A stretch of 64,000 bases of DNA from a virus (IMGVR_UViG_3300028591_000008:1-64000); one strand, 5' to 3'; positions 6,845-20,014 are shown, numbered from the stretch's first letter. Notes: generated by a model not told the origin, from the sequence alone. Numbers and translations are program-made.

Positions 6845-8575
6845 ATGCCCCGTTCTTATTCTGAGTGGATGAGGGCCAAACGCAACTTTCTTAGCTCCCA
6901 AACTGAACGCGTTGCCCATATTCCTTATCCCGATGATGCCGTCGTATATGAACGTCCATCATCTAACTACTACTGGGAATCCCGACGCTAGGCCGCACTT
7001 CAAAATGTCCCTTCATCCCTCAACCTCAACTTCCCAATCGACCGCATAGAACAATTCGTGCGTGCTGCCGCAGATTTTGAGCGTGATAAAGAAAACGCTT
7101 TCCTCGACAAATTCTATACAGGTCCAGACCTAAAAAACGAATCCATCACCGACAAATTCAACATTCTCTTCCAAGGCCGCGACATCTACGCACGAGTCAA
7201 CGACCGCATCAAAACCATTTTAAATACGCGGCAATTTCAAAAAAATAAAACCTATGGTAAACGAGGCGGCGCAACCCACGAAAACTATACAGGTATGGCG
7301 CCTAATCTATCTGCACTTTTTGCGTCTTACCTCGAAACCGCCCTCCAAGGCCCAATGTAGAAGATGAGAGAAAAAATTAACGGGAACTCTTCTAGTGCCG
7401 ACATGTAGCGATATTTTGACTAGGCTTTTGAAGAGGCTATATTAATTGCATCTGAACGTATGACATAGATTACAGATGATGTGGGGTATGGGACTGGAGT
7501 AGAATGGAAGCCAATTGATGATATGCTTAATAAAGACCCGCGCGCAAAGCAACTCTTTATGGAATCATTGCGCGGGGCCATTGGTAATGACAATATCCAA
7601 ACTCTATTGGATACGATGCGCGCGCAGAAAAAATCCGGCGTCACCAAACAACAAACTCGTACCCTTATAAAACAAAATCTCAAAAATATGGGCGGCCGCA
7701 CGGCCTCAATTGGTGGTACTGTAGTAGAAAATGCAATGGCAATGCTGGCATCTTATATTAATGGTATGGCCGGTGGTTCTAGTAATTTACACTATTAGAT
7801 GAGCGCCGAAGGCATTTCACGTAATATGGTAAAAACAGATACCGCAATGATTTTTAGCGCAAGTAAAGAAATTGATACTGGCGCGGTAATGTAGTCGTTA
7901 AACGAGTACTTAAGCTCAAATAATGGAGATATATTAAAAGCCTATGATAAAGTTTAGGACTTTTATAATAAGTGGGAAAAAGATTTAGATGAACTTTATA
8001 CTGTATTTATAAACTCTAAGAACTATGGAATAGGCGCGGATGGGCGTAATTATGTAGATACTTAGAGCGGATCATTAGAAGAGCTTCCCCAATTTTTATA
8101 GAGGGCAGGCATAGATGTGGGTTCTGCGCATGACTTCCTCGCATTAGCCTACAATACAGGTGAAGGTGCGGTGCGCGCGGGCTATCGAACAGAAGTAATG
8201 GAAGAATGCGTCAATGCGCTTAAGGCAGCCGCGGCAAAACTAATGTTTGATGACTATTAGACTTTAGGACGCGGAGAAGGAAACTCTATACATATGTATT
8301 ATTTAAGTGGTAAATACGTGCCGGCTTCTATCGTATTCTATGCTATGGCAGATGCGGCCCACGAAGCAAAAGTTAATTCTAGAGCTACTATTACATTGCC
8401 GTCTCCTGTTGATGATCAAGGCCCTGCATGGAGTAATTTTAGAGGCAAAACAGATGCGGACTTTAAAGAATAGCTTTGGGCGCATTGGCAAAAAGAATAT
8501 GAAGATGCAAAAGCTGCGTCTTCATGGTCAGTTTCTTTTACTTTACGTATTAAAGATTTATTATCTATGCCATAA
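6845..8575 (+). CDS. Hypothetical 576-aa protein (TAG read-through)
   Basis: AGGAGG RBS; ORF-track fragments 7058 and 7481 are in one frame joined by TAGs; TAA at 8573. Confidence 0.75.
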
Positions 8576-8578
8576 AAT

Positions 8579-8607
8579 TTGACATTTTCATCCCATTATG
8601 TTATAAT
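8579..8607 (+). promoter_or_regulatory. Consensus sigma-A promoter
   Basis: TTGACA-17-TATAAT with TG extension. Confidence 0.85.
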
Positions 8608-8689
8608 ATATTTGTAAGGGGAAAAACTAAGGAGTGGCGCCGGCGCATTCACCCTTCAATCTATCGACCGCGCGCCGTAAACATATAAA

Positions 8690-10093
8690 TTGCCAAAAAA
8701 TAGATTAAGATTAGATTTTTCTTTATAGACAACCGAAGAGCGTCTAAACTTTTTAAACTCCTATCTTCCCACTATTACATTTGAGCCAGACGAACACGAA
8801 CAAGAAACTTTATCAGATTATATACTTTGGGGCAAAAATAAAGGTGGCCTAAATGCTCAACAAGAGGGCGACATAATTCTAAAAGAATGGGCTACATCAA
8901 AAGTGGAGTCCATAGATGGTCTTATGGAGACTCCAGGCTTTTAGGAATCAAAGTTAAAACGAATTGGAGAAACACACTATCATACTGCGCGAGTTGTATT
9001 CAATCGAGAAGAAGCCCTGCGGCAAGCCACACCAGAGCTAAAAACTATTTTTGAAGATTTATTTAAGTAGATAGATTATATTGAATTAGTTATTAATTAT
9101 TATGATCTTTAGAATGGGAAGAGAAAAACACCACCTAGAGAATCATTATTGGCAAAGTTTGATGAGGAAAAACGTTAGAAATGTATGGAGAAGGCGGCCG
9201 GCCTATCGTAGCGACAATACCTCAAGATGCGGCATCGCCTAGTCGAATTAAGAACTGAACAATATACTTACAAAGACTGCGTTTCTAATTCTATAATTCC
9301 TCATTCAGACACAACTTTAATAGAAGAAAATTTTCTGCGCTTTGGTGAAGATATACCTGTATTACCAATGGGTTTGTTTGATAATTCTGTTTATGCAAGT
9401 AAAGTTTTTTTAAATCCACCAAATCCACTTTCTTTTACAGAAGAAGAGCTTAAGAAAGTTAGTGACTGGATTTGGGAAGAAAAAGATACTTAGAATGCTT
9501 TAAACTTTGAGGATACTAGTCATTTATTAGTTTTGTATAAAGCTTATAATGAATTAAAATTTGAAGCAGAACAAGATCCAAATTAGCTTTATGGTGCCTC
9601 TGCCGCGATTTTTAAAACGCTAAAATTTTATGAAGAGTGCGCGCGGCTTAATGATTTATAGCGTGAAGTTTTACATATGAAAATAGATTAGAAATCTAAT
9701 TCTGAGATTTCTATTTATATTAATAATAAATATGGTACAACTTATAATGATAATTATATTTCAACCATTTATAGATAGAAAGTTTTACCGACGATTGCTG
9801 AAGCGGCAAAATATCATCGGTTAATAATGGAGAATATTTTTTATCCAGAAAACTTTAAAAAATGCAAGGATTGCGGCAAGCTTTATTTGCGTGCACCCGA
9901 GTTTTTTATGCGGCAACATAAAACTCCTGATGGATTTTCTCCTCGCTGTAAGAGTTGCCAACGCATAAAAAGAGAAAAGGAGAAAATTAAATATGAAATC
10001 AAATATGTAGTTAGTAGATCTGATTTAGAAAATGGAACCTTTAGACTTCGCGGGCCTGGCGAAACTATTGGGGGTATAGATCGTAGAACCTAA
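8690..10093 (+). CDS. Putative transcription regulator with sigma region-4-like HTH and C-terminal zinc finger (TAG read-through; start uncertain)
   Basis: One frame joins fragments 9227 and 9827. Read-through gives LNDLQREVLHMKIDQKSNSEIS...YISTIYRQK, followed by CKDC...CKSC. Confidence 0.6.
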
Positions 10094-10277
10094 TAAAGAG
10101 GCAAAAGAAGGAGAACAAAAATTTATGCCACGTAATTTTACAGACGTCTTTGAAGATGTAATGAAAAAATTTAGTGGCTTAAATCGCACTCGAAAAAGAG
10201 AAATATTAAAATTAATAAAGAAGGCCAATTCAGTGCGCAGAGGTAAGGATAATGCCAGTACTCCCGCAGATTCCTAA
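9993..10277 (+). CDS. Hypothetical protein (TAG read-through)
   Basis: AAGGAG RBS, ATG at 9993, three TAGs, TAA at 10275. Confidence 0.6.
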
Positions 10278-11247
10278 CAGGGCGCCCGCGGCATCAAAAC
10301 GATGCGAGAAATGCGGGCGTTCATTACCTCTTTCTTAGTTCTCTATTACACATAGTAAGTTTTATCCAGATGGGTATTTACCTTTCTGTAATGAATGCAT
10401 TTCCGAAATAATAGACGCCGGGGGCAACAATTGGGATACTATAGATAAAATTTGTCAATGGGCAGATATACCCTTTGTAGTAAAAGAGTGGGACAGAGTC
10501 TCACAAATTACCTTGCCTTCTGAGACGTGGGCAACTTATGCTAAAGTTTTCTCTACTCAAGAATATTAGAATCTTGGATGGGGTGATTATTATAGGCAAT
10601 ACAAAAAGCTCAAAGAGGCGGGGTTAATTGAGGAAGAGATACCTGAAGTGCGCGAGAAGCGTTATAATGAACTTCGCCGCAAATGGGGTGAAAACTACGA
10701 CGAAGAAGAACTAAACCATCTCGAAGATTTATATCGTGGACTTTTGAATACTCAAAACATAAACGGCGCGCTTCAAATCGACCAAGCACAAAAACTTTGT
10801 AAACTATCTCTTGAAATTGATAATCGCATTCGTGCAGGAGACAAAGAGGTTGATAAATTTATGTCCTCTTATGATAAAATCATTAAGAGTGCAGAGTTTA
10901 CGCCTAAGAATACGAAAAATGCAACTGACTTTGATTCTTTTGCCGAAGTAGCCTACTGGCTTGAAAAGCATGGGAAGATCAATAAGTTTTATGATGATGT
11001 TACACGCGATGTCATTGATGAAGCTTTAAAGAATATTGAAAACTACAACTAGCGTCTTTATGTTAACGAAGGCGGCATTGGTGAAGAAATCTCCCAACGC
11101 TTGCGCGCCCTCAATATGGCTAATACTATAGAGCAAAATAGTGGAGTCTATGATATTCAACCCAACTTTGATCCGGACGAATATGATAATGAAGCATATG
11201 TGATTGATGGCGAGGATGAAGACTTTGATCCAGGTGGTGAAAAATAA
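10252..11247 (+). CDS. Zinc-finger protein upstream of terminase (possible terminase small subunit; TAG read-through)
   Basis: CEKC...CNEC; includes fragment 10648; TAATG overlap with TerL. Confidence 0.6.
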
Positions 11248-13046
11248 TGGCTGTGATCGAGTTGCTTGATCCAAATACTTTATAGTTCAACACCCAAGAA
11301 AAGCTATATCATGATGGTATTGAACTAGAAAAAGGAGTAGTAATTACTCCTTACTTTTTAGAAAAGAATTAGGATTTTCTTTAGGAGTGTTTTTAGTTAT
11401 TTACTGTTTATCCAGATGTCTTTCTTGATTTAATTACTCCTTTAGGTTCTAATTTTACTTTATTCCCTTATCAACGTATATTTCTGCGCGCGTGCATGAG
11501 ATATACTTCAATATATATAACTGCGGCCCGTGCTACGTCGAAAACTTTTCTTTCGATACTTGCTAAATACCTTCAATGTGTCTTTTTACCAAACCACGTT
11601 GGATCTATCGTAGCACCAAACAAAGGCCAGGCCGCGAAAATCAGTAAGTAGAAAATATAGGAAATCTGGCGCATATGGCCACTTCTTAAAAATGAACTTG
11701 AACCAGGTACTAATGAAGGCGTTCACGCTAACTTTGGTAAAGATTATATTGAACTCTTCTTTAAGAACGGCGCACGACTAACAGTCGTGGGCGCTCTTGA
11801 TAGTGATCGTGGTCTTCGTACACATGCAACCCTTATAGATGAGGCGCGTGACCAAGATGGAGACGCCATCAATGAGATCGTCCTGCCGCAAATGAACGTT
11901 TCTCGTAGAATGGATAATGGACTAATTAACCCATATGAAAAGATTAATACTTAGGTAATCTATGCAACTTCTGCAGGTACTAAAGCTTCCTTCGCGTATG
12001 AAGCACTTATAGATACTTTTGAGAAAGCTATAATTGATCCAAAGAACAGTTTCTGTATTGGATTGGACTATCGTATTCCTGCAATGCACGGGCTTATTGA
12101 TCCAACATACGTTCGTAACTTGAAGCTTTCTCCATCTTATAACGAGACTACATTTGCGGCTGAGTATCTTGGAGTTTGGCTTGGCGGCAGTGATGAGTCT
12201 TGGTTTGATTATTCTAAACTTACCAAATATCGAAAAATTAAAAATCCTGAGTGGATTCAAAAATTTAGAGATGATAAAAATGTTTTCTACTTAATTTCAG
12301 TAGACGTAGGTAGATTACACGACCAAACTGTCGCCTGTATATGGCGCGTTAATATTCGTGAAAATAAATACTATGCAACGCTTGTAAATTTATTTGTCCT
12401 AGGCCGGCAAGCCGAAACAAAAACGTTCACACAATAGGCTATAGATCTCAAGAAACTTATTGCAACTTATATGCCACGTGAAGTAGTAATAGATTGCAAT
12501 GGCTTGGGTGTTGGCATTGCAGATGAAATGATTCGGACCTAGTTAGATGAAAATGGTAACGAGCTTCCTGCGTATGGTTTCTTTAATAATGAAGATTATA
12601 AAAAGATCCAACCGAAAGACGCACCACAAATTCTCTATTCTTTGAAGGCTAATGGACCCTTAAATTCAAAAATTCATGGTAATGCCTACTCTCGTCTTAA
12701 TAGTGGCATGGTTCGTTTTCTGATTAGTGAACAAGAAGCTAGAACTGCTCTTCTTGCTACAAAAATTGGTTAGAAAATGAAAACAGAAGAACGTATTAAA
12801 CGTCTTATGCCACATGAACTTACAACAAAGCTATTTGAAGAAATGTCAAACTTGCGGCTTAAGAAAAGTGGACTTGATATAGTGCTTGAATAGATTAATC
12901 CTCGGTTCCCTAAAGATAAATATTCTGCATTTGCTTATGGTCTATGGAGAATTAAGGAACTAGAAGAAGAAAACTATAAAAAGGTTGTGCGTCGAGGAAA
13001 CGGTCAATAGCGCTAGTTGATTTTCTTTACTGGAGGACAGAATTAA
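11247..13046 (+). CDS. terL: Terminase large subunit (TAG read-through)
   Basis: Walker A AARATSKT, Walker B LIDEARD, nuclease motifs ISVDVGR, IDCNGLG and KDKYSA. Confidence 0.9.
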
Positions 13047-14530
13047 TGGAAGAGATAAAGAAAATAGATGATTTAGCTACTTTCAAAAAGGCTGTAGTAG
13101 AGATGGTTGCAAAAAGTAGCCAATCTTGGAATGAATCTTTTGGTTATTCTTTTCATTCTCGTAGAATAAAGGAATATACAAAAGAGGAAGTAGAAAAAAT
13201 CATTAATAGCAGTTCTTTACAATCACAGCAAGAGCTTTCTCGTAATTTCTTTTATAAAGATGGTTTTTATAAGCGTATTATTGTATATTATGCTACTATC
13301 TTAAAGTATATAGGAATATTGATCCCTAATCCAAGTGCGGGCAATGAACTCTCCACCCCCTACGTACAAAAAAGATATAACAGCGCGCTTGACTATCTTG
13401 ACAAAATGGGATTACCTGATTTATTAACGCGTATTTCTTCGCGCGCGCTCATAGACGGCTGTTATTATGGTGTACTCCAGAATGTAAGTAAAAGTGATTT
13501 TGTAATTTTAGATTTACCAGCAGAATACTGTCGTTCTAATTTCCGAGACTTTCATGGAAATGATATAATTGAATTTAATGTATTGTATTTTGATACAATA
13601 ATTGACGAAGATATTAAGAAGCAGGCATTAAAACTTTATCCAAAAGAGATAGCAGATCATTATCGTCGCTATAAGAAACAGCAAGTTAAAACACCTTGGG
13701 CGAGAATACCTACTAGTATTGGATTTTGTTTTTCTTTCTTTGATGATAATAGACCATTCTTTTTAGATGTAATTCCAGCCACCATAGATTATGATGAGGC
13801 TGTTGGAATTAATAGAGAACGTGACCTAGAAGAAATTCGTAAGATCATCGTTCAAAAAATTCCACATTTGCAAGACGGTTAGTTATTATTTGAGCCAGAT
13901 GAGGCTCAAGTAATGCACGAGGGCGCGGTTGGCATGATGAAAGGGAATAAAAATATTAGCGTATTAACTACCTATGCTGATGTTGATTCCGTTGTTTCTA
14001 ACACTTCTTCTGAAGCTTCTACTAATGCCTTGGAAAAGAGTTTGCAGAATATTTATTCCAATACCGGCGTAAGTGGTCAATTATTTGCACCTACGGGTAG
14101 CTAGGCCTTAATGATTTCTATTAGAAATGATATATCTTTTATGATGATATTAGGTAATAAATATTCTCGATTCTTAACATATATTCTTAATTCTCTTTTT
14201 GCAAACTCTAATGTTACTTTTAAATATACACTTCTACCAATTTCGTATTACGATTAGAGTGAGTATATTACAGATTCTTTCAAGCTGGCGCAGAGTGGAT
14301 ATAGTTATTTAATCCCAAGTTTAGCTTTAGGACTTACTCAAAAAGACTTAATAAATTTAAAAGATTTAGAGAATAAAGCATTAAATTTAATTGAGAAATT
14401 AATTCCTTTATCTTCTGCATATACATAGGGCTCAGGCCAAGTCGGTCGACCAACGCTGCCGGCAGATCAAAAGTCTCAAAAGACTATTTAGAATGAACAG
14501 TCTTTAGATAACGGAGGCTCAAATGGATAA
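13046..14530 (+). CDS. Portal protein (TAG read-through)
   Basis: Follows TerL, 494 aa, C-terminal GRP motif; joins fragments 13046 and 13913. Confidence 0.78.
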
Positions 14531-15884
14531 ATCATTATGCGAATTTACTGTATAGGTTTACGGTGAATTAAATAAGTATAATGAAGTTTTGAGCAAGGCA
14601 AGATGTAAAATCTTCTATAAATACGAAAATCGTAATGGCACTTATATTACTGATGAGTTTGCTGACAAGCTATTAAGTTCTTTATCCTATGTTCCGGTAA
14701 AGGGAATCTATGAAAACGAAGACTATACCGATCATGGCGCGCGGCGTGATCAAGGCCGTATATATGGTATTGTTCCAGAAAACCCAAATGTAGCTTGGGA
14801 AAGTTTCGTTGATGATGATGGAGTAACAAGAACTTATGCTTGTGCAGATGTTTTGATTTTTACTGCTCTATATGAAGAGGCAAATGAAATCATTGGCAAA
14901 AGTCAATCTATGGAGCTATATCCTCCATCATTAAAGTACCATGAAGCTATCGTTCATAATAAACGGTTTATAGTTTTTGATGAAGGATGCTTTTTAGGAC
15001 TTCAAGTGCTTGGAGATAAAGTTGAGCCTTGTTTTGAAGGAGCTTCATTCTATACCTTATAGAGTACAATAGAATATGCTATTAATTAGATAAAAAAATA
15101 CGGAGGTACTGAAATGCCTAAAATTAATTTCAAACTCTCTGATGATGCTAAGTTTAGCGCACTTTGGGCTTTACTTAATCCAGAGTTTAATGAAGAAGGC
15201 AACTGGACCATTAGTTATGGAATTTCAGCCGTTTATGATGACTATGCGCTTGCTGTAAATTATGAGACTGGCGAAATGAATCGCGTTTATTATTCTAAGA
15301 ATGATGAAACCGATATGGTTGAGCTTGGCGATATAGTGAAGTGCTACATCGTTGATGTTACTGAGGCTGAGAAGTCTACTCTGGATACTCTGCGTAGTCT
15401 TAATGGTAACACTTACGAATTAGTCAGCGACGTTTTAACTAATGCACAGGAAAATTTTGAAAAAGTTTCTGAGTTTTCCACCAAAATTGAAGAGTTAAAT
15501 GAAACAGTTTCCACTTTAACCACAGAGAGAGATAATGCTAATGCACAAATTGGTGAGTATACCACTCAGCTTGAAAGTGCAAATGGTACAATCGAGTCTT
15601 TAACTGGAGAATTAAATTCTTTAAAGGATTATAAACTTGGTATTGAAACCAAACAAAAGGAAGCTGTTATTAATGAGTATACAGAGCACTTGTCTGAGGA
15701 AACTCTAAACACTTATCGTGCAAAGATTTCTGAATACAGTGCAGAAGAACTTGATATGCGGCTTGCTTATGAGCTGAAAAAGAGTAATTCTTCTATTTTC
15801 ACTAAGAATAGTGATGGGGGCATTGTTCCCAAAGATATTCCAACCGATGGGTTGACCGCTATTTTATCAAAATATAAAAAATAA
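14523..15884 (+). CDS. Prohead protease-scaffold fusion; scaffold has an internal start at 15114
   Basis: Protease-like N-part (NRNGT, QSMEL, LGDKVEPCFEGA) is in frame with a coiled-coil C-part across TAGs at 15060 and 15087; GGAGG before ATG 15114. Confidence 0.75.
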
Positions 15885-15900
15885 TTAGGAGGCTATTTAA

Positions 15901-16461
15901 ATGGCTAGAATGGTTATTGATGGTTTCGGCCAAGTTGAACTTAATAACGTAGCATTCCGTCGTGATGGCCGCATTGAGGCCCAGTGCGCTCTTGATACTG
16001 CTGCTTTTACTAGTAATGTACCATGTGAAAATGGTATGATCCTTCGCGTAAAGAAAGCAGAGCACAAGATCACTTTCGCGGATGCAAGTGCTGAAAACCA
16101 GCTTTATGCTTTAAATTATACATCTGAGCATATGTATGACGAGCGCAAGCCCGGTCTGAAGAATTTCAGTCTTTCTGCTCAAAAGAATTTAAAGGGTCAG
16201 GACTTCTATCCTCGCGTGGGTTACCTCGCTGCTGGCGACCTTTGGACTACTAACTGTGTTGATCTTGGTACTTATGCAAATGCTTCTGCTGTTGCAAGTG
16301 CTCTTGCTTCTGGCACCGCTGTTTATGCTGCTGTTGGCACTCAAGGCGCCGTTGTTCTTGGTTCTGCTGCTCCTACTGTTGGCCCTGTGATTCAAGTTAT
16401 TAAAAAGACAACTATGCCTGATGGACAGGATGCTTTCCAACTTCAGGTTCTGTCAGTTTGA
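15901..16461 (+). CDS. Head decoration/cement-like structural protein
   Basis: Between scaffold and capsid gene; strong RBS; biased codon use; no TAG. Confidence 0.65.
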   Translation: MARMVIDGFGQVELNNVAFRRDGRIEAQCALDTAAFTSNVPCENGMILRVKKAEHKITFADASAENQLYALNYTSEHMYDERKPGLKNFSLSAQKNLKGQDFYPRVGYLAAGDLWTTNCVDLGTYANASAVASALASGTAVYAAVGTQGAVVLGSAAPTVGPVIQVIKKTTMPDGQDAFQLQVLSV

Positions 16462-16480
16462 TTTAGGAGGGTAAATTATT

Positions 16481-17530
16481 ATGACACTTAATGAATTAAG
16501 AGAACTTGCCCTTCATGCCGTTAAGGGTACTGCTCCTGAGACCTTCTCTGTTGAGAACGTTAATGAGGCTTTTGCTGATGGTTTAAAGGAGTTTGCTGGT
16601 AGTTATAACCAGTTCATGAAGAATCGTTACGATCTTTATGATATTATTATCGAGTCCATTGACGAGATTCTTCCTCGCGATGTTATGTCTGCTATCGGTC
16701 AGTTCGCCGAGGTTCAGACTGTTGCTCAAGGCCAGAAGGCCATGTTCCGTAAAAAGCTGGGCCGTGCCCGTGCTAAGAAGTTCCTCACCCAGGTTGGTCT
16801 GAGTGGTGTGTACGAGACCTTCCGTCTGGATAGCGAGACCTTTGAACTGGGTGCTCATGCTGTCGGCGGTGGTGCTACCATTGACTTCGAGCGTATGCTT
16901 GATGGCGCCGAGTCTCTTGCTGAGGTTGTTGGTATTGTGACCGAGGGTCTGACTAATGCTGTATATGTTGAGGTCCAGAAGGCTCTTGTTGCTGCTTATG
17001 CTGATATGCCTGCTACCAATCGCTATGCTGGTGCTTGGAATGCAGAGGAAATGGTTAAGCTGATGAATGTGGTCCGTGCTTATGGTCAGCCCGTTATCTT
17101 TGCTTGCCCCGAGTTCGTTGCTGCTATGGGTGCTGACGCTATTGTCCCTGTTCTGGCTAATGATACTACAAAAGTGGCTCAAGGAGTTTATAGTCCTAAA
17201 GATATTGAAGCTATTCATGACTATGGATTTATTAATGTATTCCGTGGTGCTACTGTGGTTCAAATTCCTCAGTCCTTTGTGGACGAGAATAATAAGGAGA
17301 CCTATGTGAATCCTCGTTATGCTTACGTCATGCCCGGTGGCGCTGAGAAGGTTGTTAAAGTTGTTCTGGAAGGCCAGACCCAAATTCGTGACCACGAGAA
17401 CAAAGATAACTCCATGGAAGTGTATGCATGGAAGAAAATGGGTTGCGCCATCCTGCATCACAACAACTGGGCTATCTATGAGAACACTTCTCTTACCGAT
17501 ACCTCTGCTAAGGATATCTACGGTTTCTAA
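16481..17530 (+). CDS. Major capsid protein
   Basis: 349 aa, position after scaffold, strongly biased codons, followed by terminator; no TAG. Confidence 0.82.
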   Translation: MTLNELRELALHAVKGTAPETFSVENVNEAFADGLKEFAGSYNQFMKNRYDLYDIIIESIDEILPRDVMSAIGQFAEVQTVAQGQKAMFRKKLGRARAKKFLTQVGLSGVYETFRLDSETFELGAHAVGGGATIDFERMLDGAESLAEVVGIVTEGLTNAVYVEVQKALVAAYADMPATNRYAGAWNAEEMVKLMNVVRAYGQPVIFACPEFVAAMGADAIVPVLANDTTKVAQGVYSPKDIEAIHDYGFINVFRGATVVQIPQSFVDENNKETYVNPRYAYVMPGGAEKVVKVVLEGQTQIRDHENKDNSMEVYAWKKMGCAILHHNNWAIYENTSLTDTSAKDIYGF

Positions 17531-17546
17531 TTTAAGTTAATTTAAA

Positions 17547-17575
17547 AGGGAAGGGATAATTCCCTTCCCTATTTT
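17547..17575 (+). terminator. Intrinsic terminator
   Basis: AGGGAAGGGA-TAAT-TCCCTTCCCT-ATTTT. Confidence 0.8.
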
Positions 17576-17615
17576 CAAATACGCGCAAAGCGCAGGAGTA
17601 AAAGGAGAAATAATT

Positions 17616-18101
17616 ATGTCAGAAAAAGAAAAAGTTAAAGTTATTAGTCAATATGAAGGCCGTTGCGGCATTGATAATGCAGATCTTCGTATTTCACGTC
17701 GGTGGCCCGCGCGCGGCTCATATGTGATGTTTGATAAGGATGTTCTTGAAGAACTAATGTATGATCAAGCTTTTAAAAACATGATTGAAGAAGGCTATCT
17801 TTATATTGAGGATTTTGAATTAAAGAAAGAACTTGGCATTGAACCAGAAGATGCTACTGCACCTACAATTATTAATTTAACTGATAAAGAGTTAGATCGT
17901 TTTTGGAGAATTATGCCGCTTTCACAGTTTAAAGTTGAAGCAAAACAACTAACTAAAGTACAGCTTGATAATCTCGCAGATTATGCAATTAAGCATGGCG
18001 GTGATGGCTCTATTCAAAAAGCAAATTATTTGACCGAAATTAGTGGTCGAAATATTCTTAAGGGGATTGAATTGCAAGCACAAATTACTAAGGAGGGATA
18101 A
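17616..18101 (+). CDS. Hypothetical head-module protein
   Basis: AAGGAG RBS, intact ORF. Confidence 0.75.
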   Translation: MSEKEKVKVISQYEGRCGIDNADLRISRRWPARGSYVMFDKDVLEELMYDQAFKNMIEEGYLYIEDFELKKELGIEPEDATAPTIINLTDKELDRFWRIMPLSQFKVEAKQLTKVQLDNLADYAIKHGGDGSIQKANYLTEISGRNILKGIELQAQITKEG

Positions 18102-18104
18102 TAA

Positions 18105-18557
18105 ATGACTGATTTACAGGTAGTTTATGATGCTTTCTTGGCTAAAATGTTAGATGATGAATGGGGCATTTGGGAAGAAGAAGATATGCAGGAAGATTGG
18201 AAAGCTATCTTGAAAGGTGCCCTGCCCTGGTTTAAGTTTCCAAGAGTTTCCCTTGATATTATAACAGATGAAGAAACTGGTACTGAAAAATTTGAAGCAG
18301 ATTTAAGTAATGAAGAAATTTAGATTTTAGCTACTTATATGAAGTGTGAGTGGCTAAATCGTACTATACTAACATGGGAAAATGTTAAACCGCTTTATGA
18401 AGAACGAGATTTTTCATAGGCGAATTTAATTGATAAGTTTAATTAGATGTTAGTATAGGAAAAAAAGAATGCAGCGAAATTAGAAGCTGTATATTATAGA
18501 TCTATTAAGAGGAAGCCATTTGATTATACTCAATTGGCAACTGCTATAGATGGCTGA
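18105..18557 (+). CDS. Putative head-tail adaptor (TAG read-through)
   Basis: Continues through four TAGs to TGA at 18555, overlapping the next start; function from position only. Confidence 0.6.
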
Positions 18558-18804
18558 TGTATTAGAAGGCTATAATAATAATTTAAAAAATCGTTTGTTT
18601 GGTCTTTTGTGCGAATATGAAAAAGATCGTGAATGGGAGAAATTTCTTGATTCAATTTTAATTGAATTAATGTCTTATCCAGAAGATCATAAAACGATAA
18701 ATTATTATAGATTATATACTAAAATTTCTTCACTACGTTACTTAAGTTATGATTATTTTCGTACTACAATTTTTGATTGTATGAGTTTATTATCTAAATT
18801 ATGA
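18550..18804 (+). CDS. Hypothetical protein
   Basis: Intact ORF with coupled start/stop overlaps. Confidence 0.7.
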   Translation: MADVLEGYNNNLKNRLFGLLCEYEKDREWEKFLDSILIELMSYPEDHKTINYYRLYTKISSLRYLSYDYFRTTIFDCMSLLSKL

Positions 18805-19523
18805 GTTATTTTGATATATATAAATAGAGATTAAATCGTTTTGGTAATGATTATTAGTCTCGTATTCAAGGGGAACGCGAGCATTTGTTTGATCTTTATT
18901 TATTAAAATCTATTTATAGAGTAGATTTTACATATAATGGGAAACATTATGCTGGTAGTTTAGAAAGAAACAAATAGGATAATAGTGAAACTAGATAGTA
19001 TTTGCTTACAAATATTAATTTAAATATTCCTAATGGAACCATTTTAATGCTTACAAATAAAGATAATATTGAAGTTCCTTGGATGATTTATTATCTTGAA
19101 AATATTAAAGCTAGTGGTTATAATAGATATATAGTTTTAAAAATGACACATCTTTTAAAGTGGACTGCGAGGGATGGATCTGAATAGACAACATATGCAT
19201 ATATGTATGGTCAAGAGGATAATATGTTAAAGAATGAAATCCGTTCTCGCTCACGTATGGATACTATATATGAAGAAAATTTAAAGTTAAGTTTCTTTGT
19301 TATTCCAGCTAATAGCAAATTAAAAATTGATGATTATTTTATTATTGGAGAAAAGCCATTACAAGAGTATTATCGAGTAACTGGTTATGACATTCAATCT
19401 ACTCCTGGCGTAGAATTTGTAAGTGTAGATCCAATTTATGAATTTGATTTAACCAATCCTCCAGAAAAAACAGAAGAGGATAAAAACGAAGATTATTTCT
19501 GGTTTATGGGCGGTGAAGAATAA
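18801..19523 (+). CDS. Putative head closure/neck protein (TAG read-through)
   Basis: Joins fragments 19002 and 19203; ATGA and TAATG overlaps with neighbours. Confidence 0.6.
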
Positions 19524-20014
19524 TGGCAACGAGAAATTTAAGCGACCTGGGTTTAAATTTACAAAAAATTATAAATCGTCTATAGACAAATCAAAATTTA
19601 TTAAAACTGTTATATTATACTGGTAAGGACCCCTTATCAGAAGAAGACTTAACTTCTGAACAAATAAAAACAGAAATTTATAATAAATTAATAAAAATTG
19701 TTCCAAGAATTGGTTATAAAGAAACTGCATAGAGTATACTTACAATGCGCGTAGTGCGCGGCCGCAGTAATCCTGGAAATGCAGAGTTTAGAGATTTTGA
19801 AATTGATATAGAAGTTTTTGTGCCATTAACGCAATGGTTTATTAAAGATTCTAATTTAAGGCCATTTGCAATTATGGGTGAGGTACATAAATCTTTAAAC
19901 AATAAAAAAATTGATGGACTTGGAAAAATGACTGGTGGAGATTTTCAGATAAACTTTTTAACCGATGAAATATGCAGCTATGAAATGGTATATTAGGTAA
20001 CTTCTTATGATTGA
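19523..20014 (+). CDS. Putative tail completion/terminator protein (TAG read-through)
   Basis: Includes fragment 19745; function from position. Confidence 0.55.

Noticed and set aside
8629-8692. Hairpin-bridged split Shine-Dalgarno for the 8690 gene
   Set aside because: A CGGCGC/GCGCCG stem exists, but even when folded the AAGGAG remains ~18 nt from the TTG, so the start is left uncertain.
16583-17461. 292-aa minus-strand ORF
   Set aside because: Antisense shadow caused by the codon bias of the capsid gene.
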